A DNA stretch of 64,000 nucleotides from assembly GCA_964016885.1 (NCBI GenBank), contig OZ024743.1, positions 19,096,001 to 19,160,000 of the forward strand, read 5' to 3'. The translations under genes and the position numbers were made by a program. This document shows, in pieces, positions 1-14,821 of this stretch. Every line of letters begins with the position of its first letter. Position 1 is the first letter of the stretch. This stretch comes from Eledone cirrhosa (Eukaryota). A model generated the notes under the pieces. That model was not told where the DNA came from, searched no databases, and worked only from the letters and a program-made list of their open reading frames with translations.

Positions 1-54
<54 letters not shown>

Positions 55-64
55 GACAGAGAGA
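1..64. repeat. (GA)n microsatellite
   Basis: Directly visible; many other (TA)n, (CA)n, (GA)n and (GATA)n tracts occur throughout the window. Confidence 0.95.
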
Positions 65-1898
65 GAATAAGAAAAAGCGAAGTAGTTTCAGATGTTAAAG
101 TCCTTTAGTGATAATGCTGCGATACATATTTCAATGACGACAGTGGCCACACACTTCGGTGTACCCAGTACCGTGATATCATCAGACAACTTCTTACATA
201 ATGAGGTTATGTTTACGAGGCAATCCAAATTGAATCGACAGGTGAACGGATAAAGCGTTCCCTTGTGAGTCCCAATTCACCCTCACCGGTCTGCGCAGGC
301 GCAAGTCCGATGGAAGTTGACCTTCCACTACCCCAAAGTTCTACCAAACTTGTCTAGGCGGGTCCCCTCTCAACCAAACAATCACCCTATCCAGGTCTGT
401 AATATGACATGGTTATAGTTTACTGCTAGTCGCCCTGCCAGTGACAGTTGGCCGAAACCTAGTCGGGGTGGGAGAGTATGAGTTTCAATAGGTCTCAATA
501 CTACCCCTAAATTATATTATGCTTGGACAATAGAATTGACCCGCTAAGAGAATATATACTTATTTCTAGGTTTCACAGTGGAAATTATGATTGAAAATTA
601 GAAATTAAAAAAATTACAACTTAAAATCTTGATTGAAGAAAGTAAAAAAATATGTACATATAATAACTAATAAATAGGGAGATGTTTAAATTATAGTAAG
701 AAGTGTTGAAAGGCGGATCAATATTACAGATATATTATCCATATATTGAACGATAGTACCGTACAGTAGAACAGAGGGTAAATTACAGTATGAAACGTAG
801 TAATTAGGCAAATACATAGTTAATATCTCTATCACATGAATCAAAACAAAAAATACAAAATATGAAATACAAAAAAATACAAAAAATGCATAGATGCAAA
901 ATGACATAGGAGATATATATGAGAAAAATATACGAGGAAGGTAAACTGTATGGAAATGAGGGTATAAGTGGTTAAAACGATTGTCAAATTTGTCCATGTA
1001 AAGTGCATATAAAAATTCGTTATCGGATGAAGTGAGGGGGCTTCCGTTCAAGACCTCTGTGCAAATGCAATTTGCTGCAGGTAAGTAAGGGGATTATCGT
1101 TGTTTTTAGTTCCGCGTATTTGCCCTGTCGAAAGTTAGTTTATAATTTTATGTCCGTCCAGTAGCAGGGATTTCCAGTCTGTGTAATCAATCCCCATGGT
1201 AGAGGGAATATCCGGGTGTAGCTGATGGCTGGTTCCTCTCTTCTCCACTATATCGGTTACATCATAGAGTGCTCAACGCTTTAGAGCTAAATTCTTAAGG
1301 TAAACATCGATGCAATTAAATTCAAGCACTCAACGTACTTTTTCTACATAGGAGCGACGGATTATATATCGAATAAGAAAAAGCGAAGTAGTTTCAGATG
1401 TTAAAGTCCTTTAATGATACTACTGTGTTACATATTATACTGTGATACATATTCCAATGGCGACAGTGGCCACGCGCTTCGGTGTACCCAGTGCCGTGAC
1501 ATCAGACAGCTTCTTGCATAATAAGATTATGTTTCCGAGGCAATCCAAATTGAATCGACAAGGGAACGGACAAAGCGTGTGTTCTTGAATCCTTCGCTCA
1601 TTCCCTTGTGAGTCCCAATTCACCCCCACCGGTCTGCGCAGTCGCAAGTCCGAAGGAAGATTACCATCTACTACTCCAAAGTTCTACGAAACTCGCCTAG
1701 GCAGGTCCCCCTCTCAACCAAACGATCACCCCATCCAGGTCTGTAATATGACAGGGTTGTAGTTTACTGCTAGTCGCCCTGCCAGTGGCGGTTGGCCGAA
1801 ACCTAGTGGGTTTATCTTATTCGATATATACTCCGTCGCTCCTATGTGGAAACAGTACGTTGAGTGCTTGAATTGAATTGCATGAATGTTTACCTTAA

Positions 1899-1899
<1 letters not shown>
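65..1899 (-). mobile_element. Family A PLE-like remnant with two direct pseudo-LTR copies and a short inverted terminal piece
   Basis: 65-467 is repeated with divergence at 1371-1810. 1815-1899 is the reverse complement of 1294-1377. Bounded by (GA)n and (TA)n; carries an HHR. Confidence 0.7.
116..190 (-). ncRNA. Type I hammerhead ribozyme (family A)
   Basis: Minus strand: gttgt-CTGATGA-stem II-GAAA-tatgta-TC-gcagc. The second copy (1439-1510) has stem I gctgt/acagt, which still pairs, but a decayed core. Confidence 0.7.
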
Positions 1900-1948
<49 letters not shown>

Positions 1949-3408
1949 CATTGGAGTGATTTGGTAGTCATGCCTCACCTGATATGTATTTACTTTGGTG
2001 TTATTGGCATCAAATAAGGCATCATTGATTATATCAACACCCATTCCCTATATTTAGAGAAGTTAGGAAATTATTAAACTGCATTTTCCTCAGTTATATA
2101 AGTAATCTCATTGTAAGAATGAACTAGCTGTCGGTGTGAGCGGCTACCAATACTGCCAACACAAACAGCAGTGGCCCCTAGACAATTATCTAAGTATCAG
2201 CACTCTTTTTGAAATCTTCTTTTAAAATATATAATATGTGTGTGTTTGATTGCGTATACAGATACGTGACTATTAGGTAAAGTTCACGTATTTATAAATA
2301 TTCTACTCGATCATACGATACAGCTGGATTTTACCGATAGTAATATGCCCATGTGGAATACATTTATTGTAGATCTAAATTTTTTTAAGAGATACTGTGG
2401 AAATCTGATGAAAATATAAAGATTATCTAGTTACCCATGTGTGATTGCTTATATCGTCACCATGTGTGCTTTAAATATCAATCAAGCTCATGCAAAACAC
2501 AGCCTACCATTTTTAAATGATCTCTGTCGACAGTGTTCTTCGTGTTACTCTAAAATCTGAAAACCAAAAGACAACTTATATATAACTTGAATGCGGTTTA
2601 ATCAAAAAATTGAATTATCAGTGCCAAATTAGGGCAAAATACAGAAAGGAAAATATGTAAAATAAAAAACAACAACGATGATAACGAAGACTATAACAAC
2701 TATCTGAGTGTAGTGTTCTTCACTTTTAGCTGATACAGCTAAAGGTGTTGCTTGCCGTACTCCTTTCATTAAATTAAATAAACATTTTATGCACACTCTA
2801 TTAATATTTTCTACATAGATATGAGAGTTTTCCTTTACTGAGAGAAACTCACGTCTCAGTTGGTTTCGGGAGACATGAAAGTCATTAAATCGATCCATGT
2901 AGTGTAGCTGACAACAGCTTCACATTTCCTTGCAGAACATAATTGGTTTAACTTTCTATTTGGTAATGAGGTTACATTAAAATGAAATTAGACCCAAGAG
3001 GAATATTCCATAATACGTGAACTGTTTATTTAGAAGCAGAAAAGAAAAAAATTGGTTCTGATCTTTCGTTCTAAATATTGTCCTGGTCTCTTTAATCATT
3101 TTTATGATGGTTGCTTGGAGTTTAACATTATGCATATGGAAAGCAACATCAAAATTGATTATATGTATTACATCTAAAGGGAATCATAAGAATGGCAGTT
3201 AGCGAATTCGTATTGGCTCTCAAACATTAAATATCTGTATATATTTAAGACCACATCAGAGTCCTTTTACTCTACAGTTTCATATGTGTATTCACATAAG
3301 TTATCAGAAAAGGCGGATATGCGAAGGTGAAATTATACTATAATAGTGAACTGATTTATCATTAACAAAAGAGTATTAATCTCTACTATGTCACTCATAT
3401 TCATTAGA

Positions 3409-3522
<114 letters not shown>

Positions 3523-3592
3523 ATGTAGGAGGGGGTGTATTTGTATATCCGTGATCCTACCACTCCATCCATGTTTATAGTATATATATATA

Positions 3593-3712
3593 TAACGAAG
3601 GAAGTGTGGTAAGGAGCCAGACGGACCAAAACGCACCTGTGTACCTCAATACTTAGGGTAGTAGAGTGGGTAATAGGAAAATGTTTAACCCTGACTGTAG
3701 AGCCCAAGCCAT
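3593..3712 (-). mobile_element. Family B pseudo-LTR fragment
   Basis: Similar to 17442-17640, 53046-53132 and 60502-60645 (taacgaagga..gtgtggtaagga...ctcaatactta...gggtaata.gaaaat). Confidence 0.7.
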
Positions 3713-4130
3713 TTAAGAAACCCCACTGCACCAATAGGAAATGTATCATATGTAAGGTGAACCCCCGGATAAACTGTAAAACTAGAAACGTAGTCTATAG
3801 CATAGGATGTCCAGAGGGTACTTGCAGAAACATGACAACAATATACATAGGTGAGACAGCTCGTAGCATAGATGAAAGGATAGACAAACACTGGGGGAAC
3901 TAAAAGGACGAAAAAACGGGTCAGTACTATACGAACATGCTAGACAACACCATGACGGTAACATAGACAACATAGAAATTAGAATAATATCTAAACATAG
4001 AAATGACCCAGCAGATAGGCAACACAGAGAGGCCAGTGAAATAGAAATTAGAAGACCAAGGCTAAACAGAAAGAACGAATGGAATAACAACAACACCCAA
4101 ACAAACAACACTGACCTAAGGGAAGTATAA
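3703..4130 (+). pseudogene. PLE GIY-YIG endonuclease 3' fragment, Nematis-like
   Basis: Manual translation PKPFKKPHCTNRKCIIC...NCKTRNVVYSIGCPEGTC...IYIGETARSIDERIDKH, then a stop and frameshift, then SVLYEHARQHH...RQHREASEI...LNRKNEW. The clade call rests on recalled motif similarity. Confidence 0.8.
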
Positions 4131-4357
4131 ATAAGTAAATAAAATAAAATAAATACATACACAAGCACAATAACAACAAGCCCATAAACACACACTACTC
4201 ACCCATCAGACAGCAAACAAAACACTATACACACACGCAAACGCATGCGCAAAGAAGATAAAATAAAATAAACAAACAAGCAAATAAATAAATAAATATA
4301 TAGGCAGACAGAATAAAAATGGCGTAGACATACAATACAACAGGAGGAAAATATAGC

Positions 4358-4399
4358 ACCACTGACGATGTTGCAGATGTGCAACGAAAGATTTATGAT
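4358..4399 (+). ncRNA. Minimal type I HHR in the 3' pseudo-LTR of the PLE fragment
   Basis: cca-CTGACGA-t-gttgca/gatg/tgcaac-GAAA-gatt-TA-tga; stems I and III slightly decayed. Confidence 0.65.
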
Positions 4400-4437
4400 A
4401 AACTATATATATGTGTTTGTGTCTATATTGTATCTGT

Positions 4438-4663
4438 ATTATTTTTGACCGCCGGTCAGTCAATGGCAACATTGAGGACCAAGTATATTAGATTACCGAT
4501 ATAAAAGACACAGAAGCGAGAAGCGAAAACCAACCAAACAGTGAGTGTGTTCTGTTATTAATTCTGGCAATATTACACAAATATGACCCTCCCCAAGTAT
4601 AACAATATTTGTTTCGACACACGATTTCATATAAAAAACCTCGCAAAACTAATTCATCGCCGC
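4438..4663. mobile_element. Family C short repeat related to the 3' end of the Hydra-type PLE
   Basis: Homologous to 30369-30600 (first part inverted there), 58722-58790 and 62280-62315. Confidence 0.7.
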
Positions 4664-5669
4664 TATATATATATATATATATATATATATCCAGAGAGTG
4701 TAACGTGAAGTAACTGTACGTTCACGCAGGTGAGCACTCGATGTTTAGATTCACGTCTGTAACGAGGAGTAGAGCTAAGCAGAATGTAAATATAATAATA
4801 CAAGGACGGTTTATTATGTCTTCATTACATCTATTGATTGGTTTTGCGAGATTCGGTACTAATCCGCTCAAGGTTTGATCCCTATCAATCTGGCCCGACT
4901 CTGGAATCAAAAGCTCGTCATTCATGGATATATGTAATGAAATGTATAGAAATATAGGGATTTGTAAGCACATGTATGTTTTTATTCTCTTATACTTCTA
5001 CTGGTTTCTATCATAAGACTGACCCTGCTGGGGTAGGATCTTACCTAGGTGACCATATCAAGCCCAGTATTTATTGCAGTTAATACTAAATTAAATTGTA
5101 TACATCTCTTTGTGTCAAACAGGTAATTTAAAAAACTGCACCCACCTTCAAGTTTCGACATATATATATATTGAATTCGAATGCTTGTATTAACTATCTG
5201 AAGAACAACGTTGGTCGTAGTAATCAACCGGTTAATTTCTCTCTCAAGGATTCCATTCTTGACAATATTTCCCAATAGAATTGCCTATAGTAGAAATCAT
5301 TAGTATTATTATTACATACATACACACATACATACATGCATGAATACTTGCATACATACATGTAAACAATCATTGATCAAAATAGACTTGACCATTCTAT
5401 TAATCTATTTTTTACTATTCAACATCGTTTCAGAAGAGACAGCATTTGAATTAATACCCATATAACACTTAGCACATTCAGTAGTATTTTTCTCTGTTTC
5501 ATGAGAACGTTATGCAGTAATTGTAAGTCTTCATAAAAATATATACGATGCAATTTGCACACCGTTGGTTTCAGTGTATTTTATGTATAAATGTGCTTCA
5601 TATTAGAAACAGAAGCACGACACAAACAAACTCACATTAGTATTTCCATACCGTGCATAAGTTCAAATC

Positions 5670-5820
5670 CCGTTCAAATCTGAGTTCAAATCTCGCTAAT
5701 GTTAGCTTCGCCTTTCATCCTTACGAGGTCAATAAAATAATTTACCATTCACGCACTGCAATTGATTTATTTGACCTCTCCTCCCCAAAATTATTGGCAT
5801 TGTGCCTAAATCAGAAACTT
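5670..5820 (+). mobile_element. Decayed octopus-type SINE (Meta/Nin-like core)
   Basis: gagttcaaat...gcctttcatccttacgaggtcaataaaataa...tgtgcctaaa. Other decayed copies near 9130-9240, 16095-16165, 32985-33135, 36228-36295 and 39560-39700. Confidence 0.7.
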
Positions 5821-6003
5821 ATGCACGTACCTTAATTCAATGCGTGCATCAAGCATTATATCTGGTGATACACTCTCATTAATACTCTAGTTATATCCTT
5901 GAATAATTATATTCATCACAATATCATTCTTACAAATTAGTATATACACAGATATGTGGTTGTGTCATATTGTTCTAAACCAATTTCTCTTTTTAATAAA
6001 ATG

Positions 6004-6041
<38 letters not shown>

Positions 6042-6499
6042 ATGTGTGTGTGGGTGTATGTGTGTGTGTTGTGTGTGGGTGGGTGTGTGTGCGAGTGTGC
6101 ATGTGTGTGCCTGTATGCACATGTACATATACGTCTTTATATAGTGCTTCTGGGGAATATATTTCTATTTTTCTATATCCGGAAGGATGGTCTTGAATAA
6201 TTTAATACTGGAAAGTGTATAGGCATTTCCTTGAATAGCAATGTTTAGATTATACATTTATGGAATTTTGAATGGAGCTGTATAGTTTGAAGTAGCAAAA
6301 TTTTCCTCACGAGCATGCGTAAACATGATTAATAAAGATTCAAAATGTCAACAGAGCTTTGTCAAAGCTTGGGACACCAAGCGAAAAGAAAGTAACCGGT
6401 AAATGAATCGAACAAGAGGACGTATGTATGTGCATATCTCTTGTTCTCTCTCCCGCTCCCCCTCTTTCTCTCTATCGCTCTCTCTCTCTCTCTCTCTCT

Positions 6500-6559
<60 letters not shown>

Positions 6560-6562
6560 GAT

Positions 6563-6593
<31 letters not shown>

Positions 6594-7576
6594 TGTGTCT
6601 GTGTATGTGTGTGTCTGTGTCTGTGTCTGCGTATATGTATGTGTGTGTCAGTATGTGTACGTATATAACAAGGCAGATTGAGGTAAATGATAGCTTCAAC
6701 ATATTGAATTAACGGTGGCTAATATCAATTGATCAATTTAAGTTGAATTACATCCCAGCCCCATGTAAATGATGCAACACAATAAGGGAAAATTTAGTTA
6801 AAGGTAGGAGGGCATAAAACCAGAGATCCATCAAATCAAATTGACATCGAATTAACCATAATTAATGGGGAGATCTTGATTAAAACCAACATAACTCAAA
6901 TTAACGTATCAATTGTATATATACACGCTATAAATTTACAATGTGCCCTTGGAAATTCTTTCAGTAAATAGGTAAATTTATTCAATTAATACAATCAATG
7001 AAAAGTCAACAATGTATGTCATCATAATAGCCTGCTACAAATATATCTACTTGTTTAATTATAAGCCGGCAGTTACAAATGCATTCTAACTAACAAGGAA
7101 CAGAGGGCATTGCAAACTTTCTGTAGTAGACGATGACAAAATTTAATATTCACAAATGTATATAATTTGTTAAAAGTAAAAGAAATTTAGTAAAATCATA
7201 TGTTCAAACATCAAACATATATAGAGTGTATCCGTATAGTTGATATAAATGTATTATTCTGATGTATAAATATGGCGTTCTTATACGGAAGCACAAACAC
7301 TCAAATTCATGCATACACACGCACACACACACACACGCACACATATGCACAATCAAACACATACACACACACACGCAGTCACACACAGACAGAGGCACAC
7401 ATACACACCGAAACACAGGCACATGGTAAATTCAAATTAATGAAGTAGTTATAGAAGCAATTTCTATTTGAAATAAATACGCAAATTCCCTGTTAATTTA
7501 TTGGGCACCATACTTCACTGTGTTTCTCTTCAGTTCCGAAAAACTTTCTTACTCACACAAACACACAAATATTCAT

Positions 7577-7617
<41 letters not shown>

Positions 7618-7620
<3 letters not shown>

Positions 7621-8121
7621 GATATTTTGCAATTTCGAATTTTCGCAATATTATACACATTCATTCGCCTAATTTATGTGTTGCCTCCCTTGCTGAACCC
7701 CACGTGGGGTCAGCTACAGACACATCTATGTGGTCTTTCGAACTGAATCCCGTTGATAACGCGTACTCCTAGTTCAGTCAGGATACGAGAAACTTAACAT
7801 CCTTTATGTAAGTGGACAGTAAATGAATTATGGAGCCGCAGAAACCCCAACACTGGACTTTACCATCATTCCAGGGGTCCGGGTGAGTATAAAACATTTA
7901 TGCTTTCATATATTTTTATATCTGTATATCTGTTTGATCCGAAATAGGAGATCGAATCTTCGCTGTGTGGATAATTAGTTTAACCACCATCTCAGTGTGT
8001 TTGGCCTTTAACGTAAGTTGTAAGCTCTAATTCATTTGAAATATAGAGCGCTTGCCTCACAATTCGAAAGTGTTATTTCGTTATTTCATAGGCTGAAATT
8101 CGATTCTCGCTAATTTTTACT

Positions 8122-8122
<1 letters not shown>
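7618..8122 (+). mobile_element. Family D non-coding HHR element between (TA)n tracts
   Basis: Shares ordered blocks (ctcccttgctg, cccgttgataa, gcagaaaccc, gggtccgggt.agt, tttaacg, agctct) with 49996-50724, and several of them with 53202-54130. Confidence 0.75.
7749..7883 (+). ncRNA. Large type I HHR, U3-A8 variant, long stems II and III
   Basis: cccg-TTGATAA-[gcg..ctcc.tagttca / tgaatta.ggag.cgc]-GAAA-cccc..tgga/tcca..gggg-TC-cggg. Confidence 0.75.
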
Positions 8123-8205
<83 letters not shown>

Positions 8206-8269
8206 TACATATATAGTGAAAGATTGAAGAATAACATGGTCGGCTGTACAACAAGGGGCTTTATTTCAA

Positions 8270-8379
8270 GTATTGACAATTGTTTCATTGATCAGGTGAG
8301 TCTAGAGGCCGGTAATCGTTCGAAGTTACGTCACTCGACTCCAATACAGTGTTTACCTCTGATCAAATCCTCAGAATAC
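8270..8379 (-). ncRNA. Type I HHR in family E repeat (about 8221-8602)
   Basis: Minus strand: gtatt-CTGAGGA-ttgatcag...ctgatcaa-GAAA-caattg-TC-aatac, followed by AATAAA. Confidence 0.8.
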
Positions 8380-8602
8380 GAAAGAAGTCACACATGGCAT
8401 GGCATATATAAAGAAATAGCGTAGAATCAAAGCAATAACACCAATAATAAAATATAATGGTAAATAGGTAAAGAGGTTACAGATGTAAACGTTATAAACT
8501 CACTGCCTGAGTTGGAAACACCTTGTTGAGTCAAACAAAGCCGTACGTTAAAACTATCCTCGACATCTAACTGGATTACCTATAACGATAACTTGTTATC
8601 CC

Positions 8603-8644
<42 letters not shown>

Positions 8645-8712
8645 GAAGAAAGATGGTTTCATTTGTATAACAAAATAAATATGGATGTACAAATGAAACC
8701 GTGTTACTTGTT

Positions 8713-8794
<82 letters not shown>

Positions 8795-9499
8795 TGTAAA
8801 TAGAGAGACGGGAGAGTGGGGGAGACAGAGAAACAGCGCGAGTGCGAGAGTGAGATAATTTTTCCCTAATACACCCTAACCAACAACAATCCGACACCAG
8901 CTCTAAATTCGCGAAAACGCATTAGAGAAAATGCAACTGAAGTGCTACATAAAATCAAAATTTAAAAAAAGAACAGGCAAAAAGCACTTCGTATTAACGA
9001 GGACTTTACTCGACGAGTTATCAGAGGCATGTTGCAATATATATGGGTTTCCTAACCCTACCTACATACCACAAAACTAATTTAGTTCAAATACATCACA
9101 CAAAATAGAATTACTTGTTTAAATAATTCTTTCTACTTTTGGCACAAGACCAGCAATTAACTCAGTGTATTACTGTTACTTTATTTTATCGACACTGTAA
9201 GGATGAAAGGTAAATTTAACCTTGTCGGGATTTCAACTCGAGGTTAATTTTGCCTTTCATCTTACATGTTTAAATAATATTAAATACATTACAACATGTA
9301 AACCCTCATTCAAGAGTTCTTTCAAAGGGGATCGTAATCCAGCGAGTATAAAAGTATGTATTGTTATTTCTTAAAGAAAATACAAATACAATCTAGTATT
9401 TATCCCACAACACAATATCCAATTATCCAGTTAAAGAAATTATAGTGAAAAACAACTCACTGAGAACCAGTCGGGTGATAGGGATACGATCACCAGTTA

Positions 9500-10340
9500 A
9501 GATGGTTAGATCCAAGCAATCTTAAAAATAGACGGGCCTATACAAAATTGAGTGACACTGTTAATTCTAATGGTAATATTAGTGGTTTTGAAGACGAGCC
9601 ATAGAATGAATTGCTCAGGTGAATTGCTCGCATAGTGAATGCAACAAACTGAAGATCATTTCTAGATTTTAGTATATACTAGATCTACCCATCGCTCATA
9701 CTGGTTAAGAGAAATAAAAGGAATACTGTTCGGGTGGGTTGCTTTGTTTGTTTTAAGCAACTGATATCTGCTTGCACTTGGTAGACCTGTATAGTGAATC
9801 GTGCGCCCAATACGACTGATGGGATATATTGGGAGGAAATTTATCAAATGGGTGCAAAGTGGACTGCAAATGTGGTACATATCTTCGCAGCATTACCACA
9901 AATTATAATATAATGATTCGAGTAAGATTGGAAACATTATTCTGCAAATTTGATGGAGGAACGAAAACTATCGACAGTATCCTGGGTAGCAGGAAATCTT
10001 GAGAGTTGTGCAATGAATAGAGAAAACATTCGAAGTTCATTTAGTGGGCAGTACTGGGTAAATGCCAGTGAGTTATGAGGGGACGCTGACTTTATCTAAC
10101 ATTGGGGGCCTTTTAATTGAAAATGACATTGCATGAACTGTTGCTGTGAGTGCGATACATAGAACCCTACATAAATGTATCGTTTGCATCACAAGACCAA
10201 CAGTTTCTAATATGTCAGGAGTATAGCATATATTCTGGCAGGGATGATTAGTATTTAGCAGGCGGAGCCCTATCAAATAGGCGGGTATGAAATGACATGA
10301 ATGTATGCTCAGCATACCCCTACATTGAACCACCTAGGTA
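9500..10340 (-). pseudogene. Highly decayed possible PLE ORF remnant
   Basis: Only weak motifs: IHSCH, TRLFDRA (thumb-like) and CGNAAKICTT (zinc-knuckle-like) in broken frames. Confidence 0.3.
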
Positions 10341-10830
10341 CTTTGACATAACTTATATATTTACTAGTATTAGTGTACATCTGTACGCATATGTTGGTAG
10401 ATGTATTAATTCTATATATTTATCTCCAAATTATTTGTTGAGCAAACTTGCCAAATCTACTGCTAATTCATAGTAGTAGTAGTAGTAGGCTTTGTCATGA
10501 TACCACCCCGCTCCTAACTGACTAACCTCAGTGTCACCTGATTGATTATTTAGAATACACCACTGACCAGAGGCAGTGAACTTTTTCAGTGCTATGGAAT
10601 TTAGTCCCCGCTAGCTTATTACATCCACTGAATTATTATTTTTATATGAGATCCTAGTGTCCGCGCATTGCCTGGGAACTTAGCTGAGAATAGACTCCTG
10701 ATGACGTAATGAATTCTCGATAGTTACATTGTGTAACTATATTTATCCCATTACAGAAACTAATTAGTTGGAGTGAACATTTTAGTAAGTAAGTTAATTT
10801 TTAATTTTTAAAATTTTCTTATTTTACGTC

Positions 10831-10836
<6 letters not shown>
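10340..10836 (+). mobile_element. Family F non-coding HHR unit (monomer), HHR at 10694-10774
   Basis: actc-CTGATGA-c-gtaatg...cattac-a-GAAA-ctaattag-TT-ggagt. Ends in ttttacgtctttcatat then (TA)n. Homologous to 30632-31035 and 41357-42981. Confidence 0.75.
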
Positions 10837-10883
<47 letters not shown>

Positions 10884-11004
10884 GTGTGTGAGTGTTTGTG
10901 TTTTCATGTGTGCTTATGTAGGTGTCTGAATGTGCTTGCATGCATACATACACACATGCACGCCCTCACACACATGCGCACACACAAATACACACACACA
11001 GATA

Positions 11005-11053
<49 letters not shown>

Positions 11054-11055
<2 letters not shown>

Positions 11056-11682
11056 GTATAAGATTATCCTGGAGGCAGTAATGGTTAATTACTACAGTGG
11101 ATAGAGTTGACGTACGGTGAGAGGTTTCTCAACGAGTTATGGAAGTATTATTGAAGAAACTTAGTTCCTGATCCTTCGGTATTTCGGAGTGTAGATAAAG
11201 AATGAATAATAACAGGTAGACATCATAAAAAGGTAATTTATTCTGTGTGCTTACAAATGTTTCCACGGTGGTTATACAGCCTAGTTATGCTATGTGCAAA
11301 TTTATAACTATTTTCAAAACTCAATTATCAAATGCTGTGACCACTGTATCATCAGAGCAGAATGGTTAAAATGTACAATGTAAATACCCATAAGTGAGGT
11401 TATGGGGGAAGATAGAGTAGAAAAGGAAGAGAGAAACGAGGGGGAGATGGAGAGAGATAGAGAGAGAGATATGCAGGGGTTGGATATATGGGAGAGAGTG
11501 GTTTGTAGATATCTTAATCAAAATGTTGTGGTAGGGGTTTTATTATACTGGTTACTCTTAAATCGACCACCTTAAGCGATGCGTTGATAGTCAAGGTTGG
11601 AATTATTTATTGCCCCAGAGGGCAGGTTCATAGATGTGGAGAGGGAGGGACGTGGGCCTAGGCGAGAGAGAGAGAGAGAGAT

Positions 11683-11722
<40 letters not shown>

Positions 11723-11811
11723 GAATGGATAGAGAAGGAGAGATCGAGAGGGGACAGACGAAAGCTATGGGGTGGGTGTACATAGTGTTATGTTGTCTAC
11801 CTGTTATTATT

Positions 11812-11816
<5 letters not shown>
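11054..11816 (-). mobile_element. Family G PLE 3' remnant with HHR at 11248-11359 and an inverted terminal piece
   Basis: Minus strand: tgct-CTGATGA-long stem II-GAAA-catttg-TA-agca. 11785-11816 is the reverse complement of about 11195-11228. Flanked by (TA)n. Confidence 0.7.
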
Positions 11817-13684
<1,868 letters not shown>

Positions 13685-14717
13685 ATGCATGAATGTATGC
13701 ATGTACGTGCGTTAATGTGGATTTGCTATAAAACTATTCTTTATTATACATGTCCTGGAATAGAAAATTATTTAAAGAATGATCTCGGGTATTGTAGGTC
13801 TCTGAACATACATATACAGGTTGCGCAATCGTTATTTATACGATGCAGCTTTTAATGTGTTTATACCAGTATCCTATAGTGTCCAAAACTCTTTGAATTC
13901 TAGGTGTATGCTTTAAAGCATCAACATTAAAGAAACAGAGAAATGTTATATATATGTATTAGAGTTACATATATATGTTTTTATACGCCTATTATAATAT
14001 AATAGTAACCTGAAACATTCGTAAAATAGCAGTAAATCTTTGGAATGCATTCCTCCATTATATGATACATATAGGTTCCTTTTAATGTTTTGTCAAGGTA
14101 ATAAAATGGTTGAAGATTCCTAACCTATGGTCTTTGACATGTAAAGTTACTTTTAATGTAGTATTAAACGTATATAAACTGCTGAGTATAATCAAATCCT
14201 TGACAATAAGTGTTTTCTGAGTTGCTGCAAAACGTTCAAATAAGAAAAAGTACGACTAGCTGTTGTTATTTGTTGTGTGGCTAATGGTGCTTAGACTGAA
14301 CACGAATTTTAGTGTTAGCAAGGGTGGGTAACAGAAAAGAATTGTTTTCGTGTAAACTTAATACTGCAAGTAATAATTTATAGAGGATTGGCAAATAAAT
14401 TGCAAAGAAACGTAATTTTTAATTAAACATTTAATTGCATCTAAAAGCTGTAACTACTAAATTGTTAAGTACAGCAGAATAAAACCATTGACGCTGAACA
14501 GACGAAAGGTTATCCTGCTGTTAAGCTATTGGAACACATTAGAGATTTAAATGTCGTGTTAGGTTGTCCAAAAACACTACCGTTATAATGATGTTGAGTG
14601 TTTATATATCCCTTCGAAAGAGCCGTGTTACCGCCAAATTAATGAGATCGACACATGTTGCTAATTTATTTATTGCTACATCAGTTAGTATGTATTGATT
14701 CGGGCAAATTCTAACAG

Positions 14718-14821
14718 ACGAGTATATTGTTATAGATATGGAATTGGCACAAGTAGAAGATCCAGAATCTAATATCCATGGCATATTTCCACCAGGATTT
14801 ATGTTTCCTTATCACACAAGG
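14718..14821 (+). CDS. Candidate internal exon of an unidentified host gene
   Basis: ctaacag| acceptor (alternative tatag| at 14735), open frame (D)EYIVIDMELAQVEDPESNIHGIFPPGFMFPYHTR, then donor G|gtttgt. Lies in repeat-poor sequence. Confidence 0.5.

Noticed and set aside
5045-5275. 76-aa ORF as a host exon
   Set aside because: It resembles a decayed RTE LINE segment (EREINRLI...) rather than a cellular gene.
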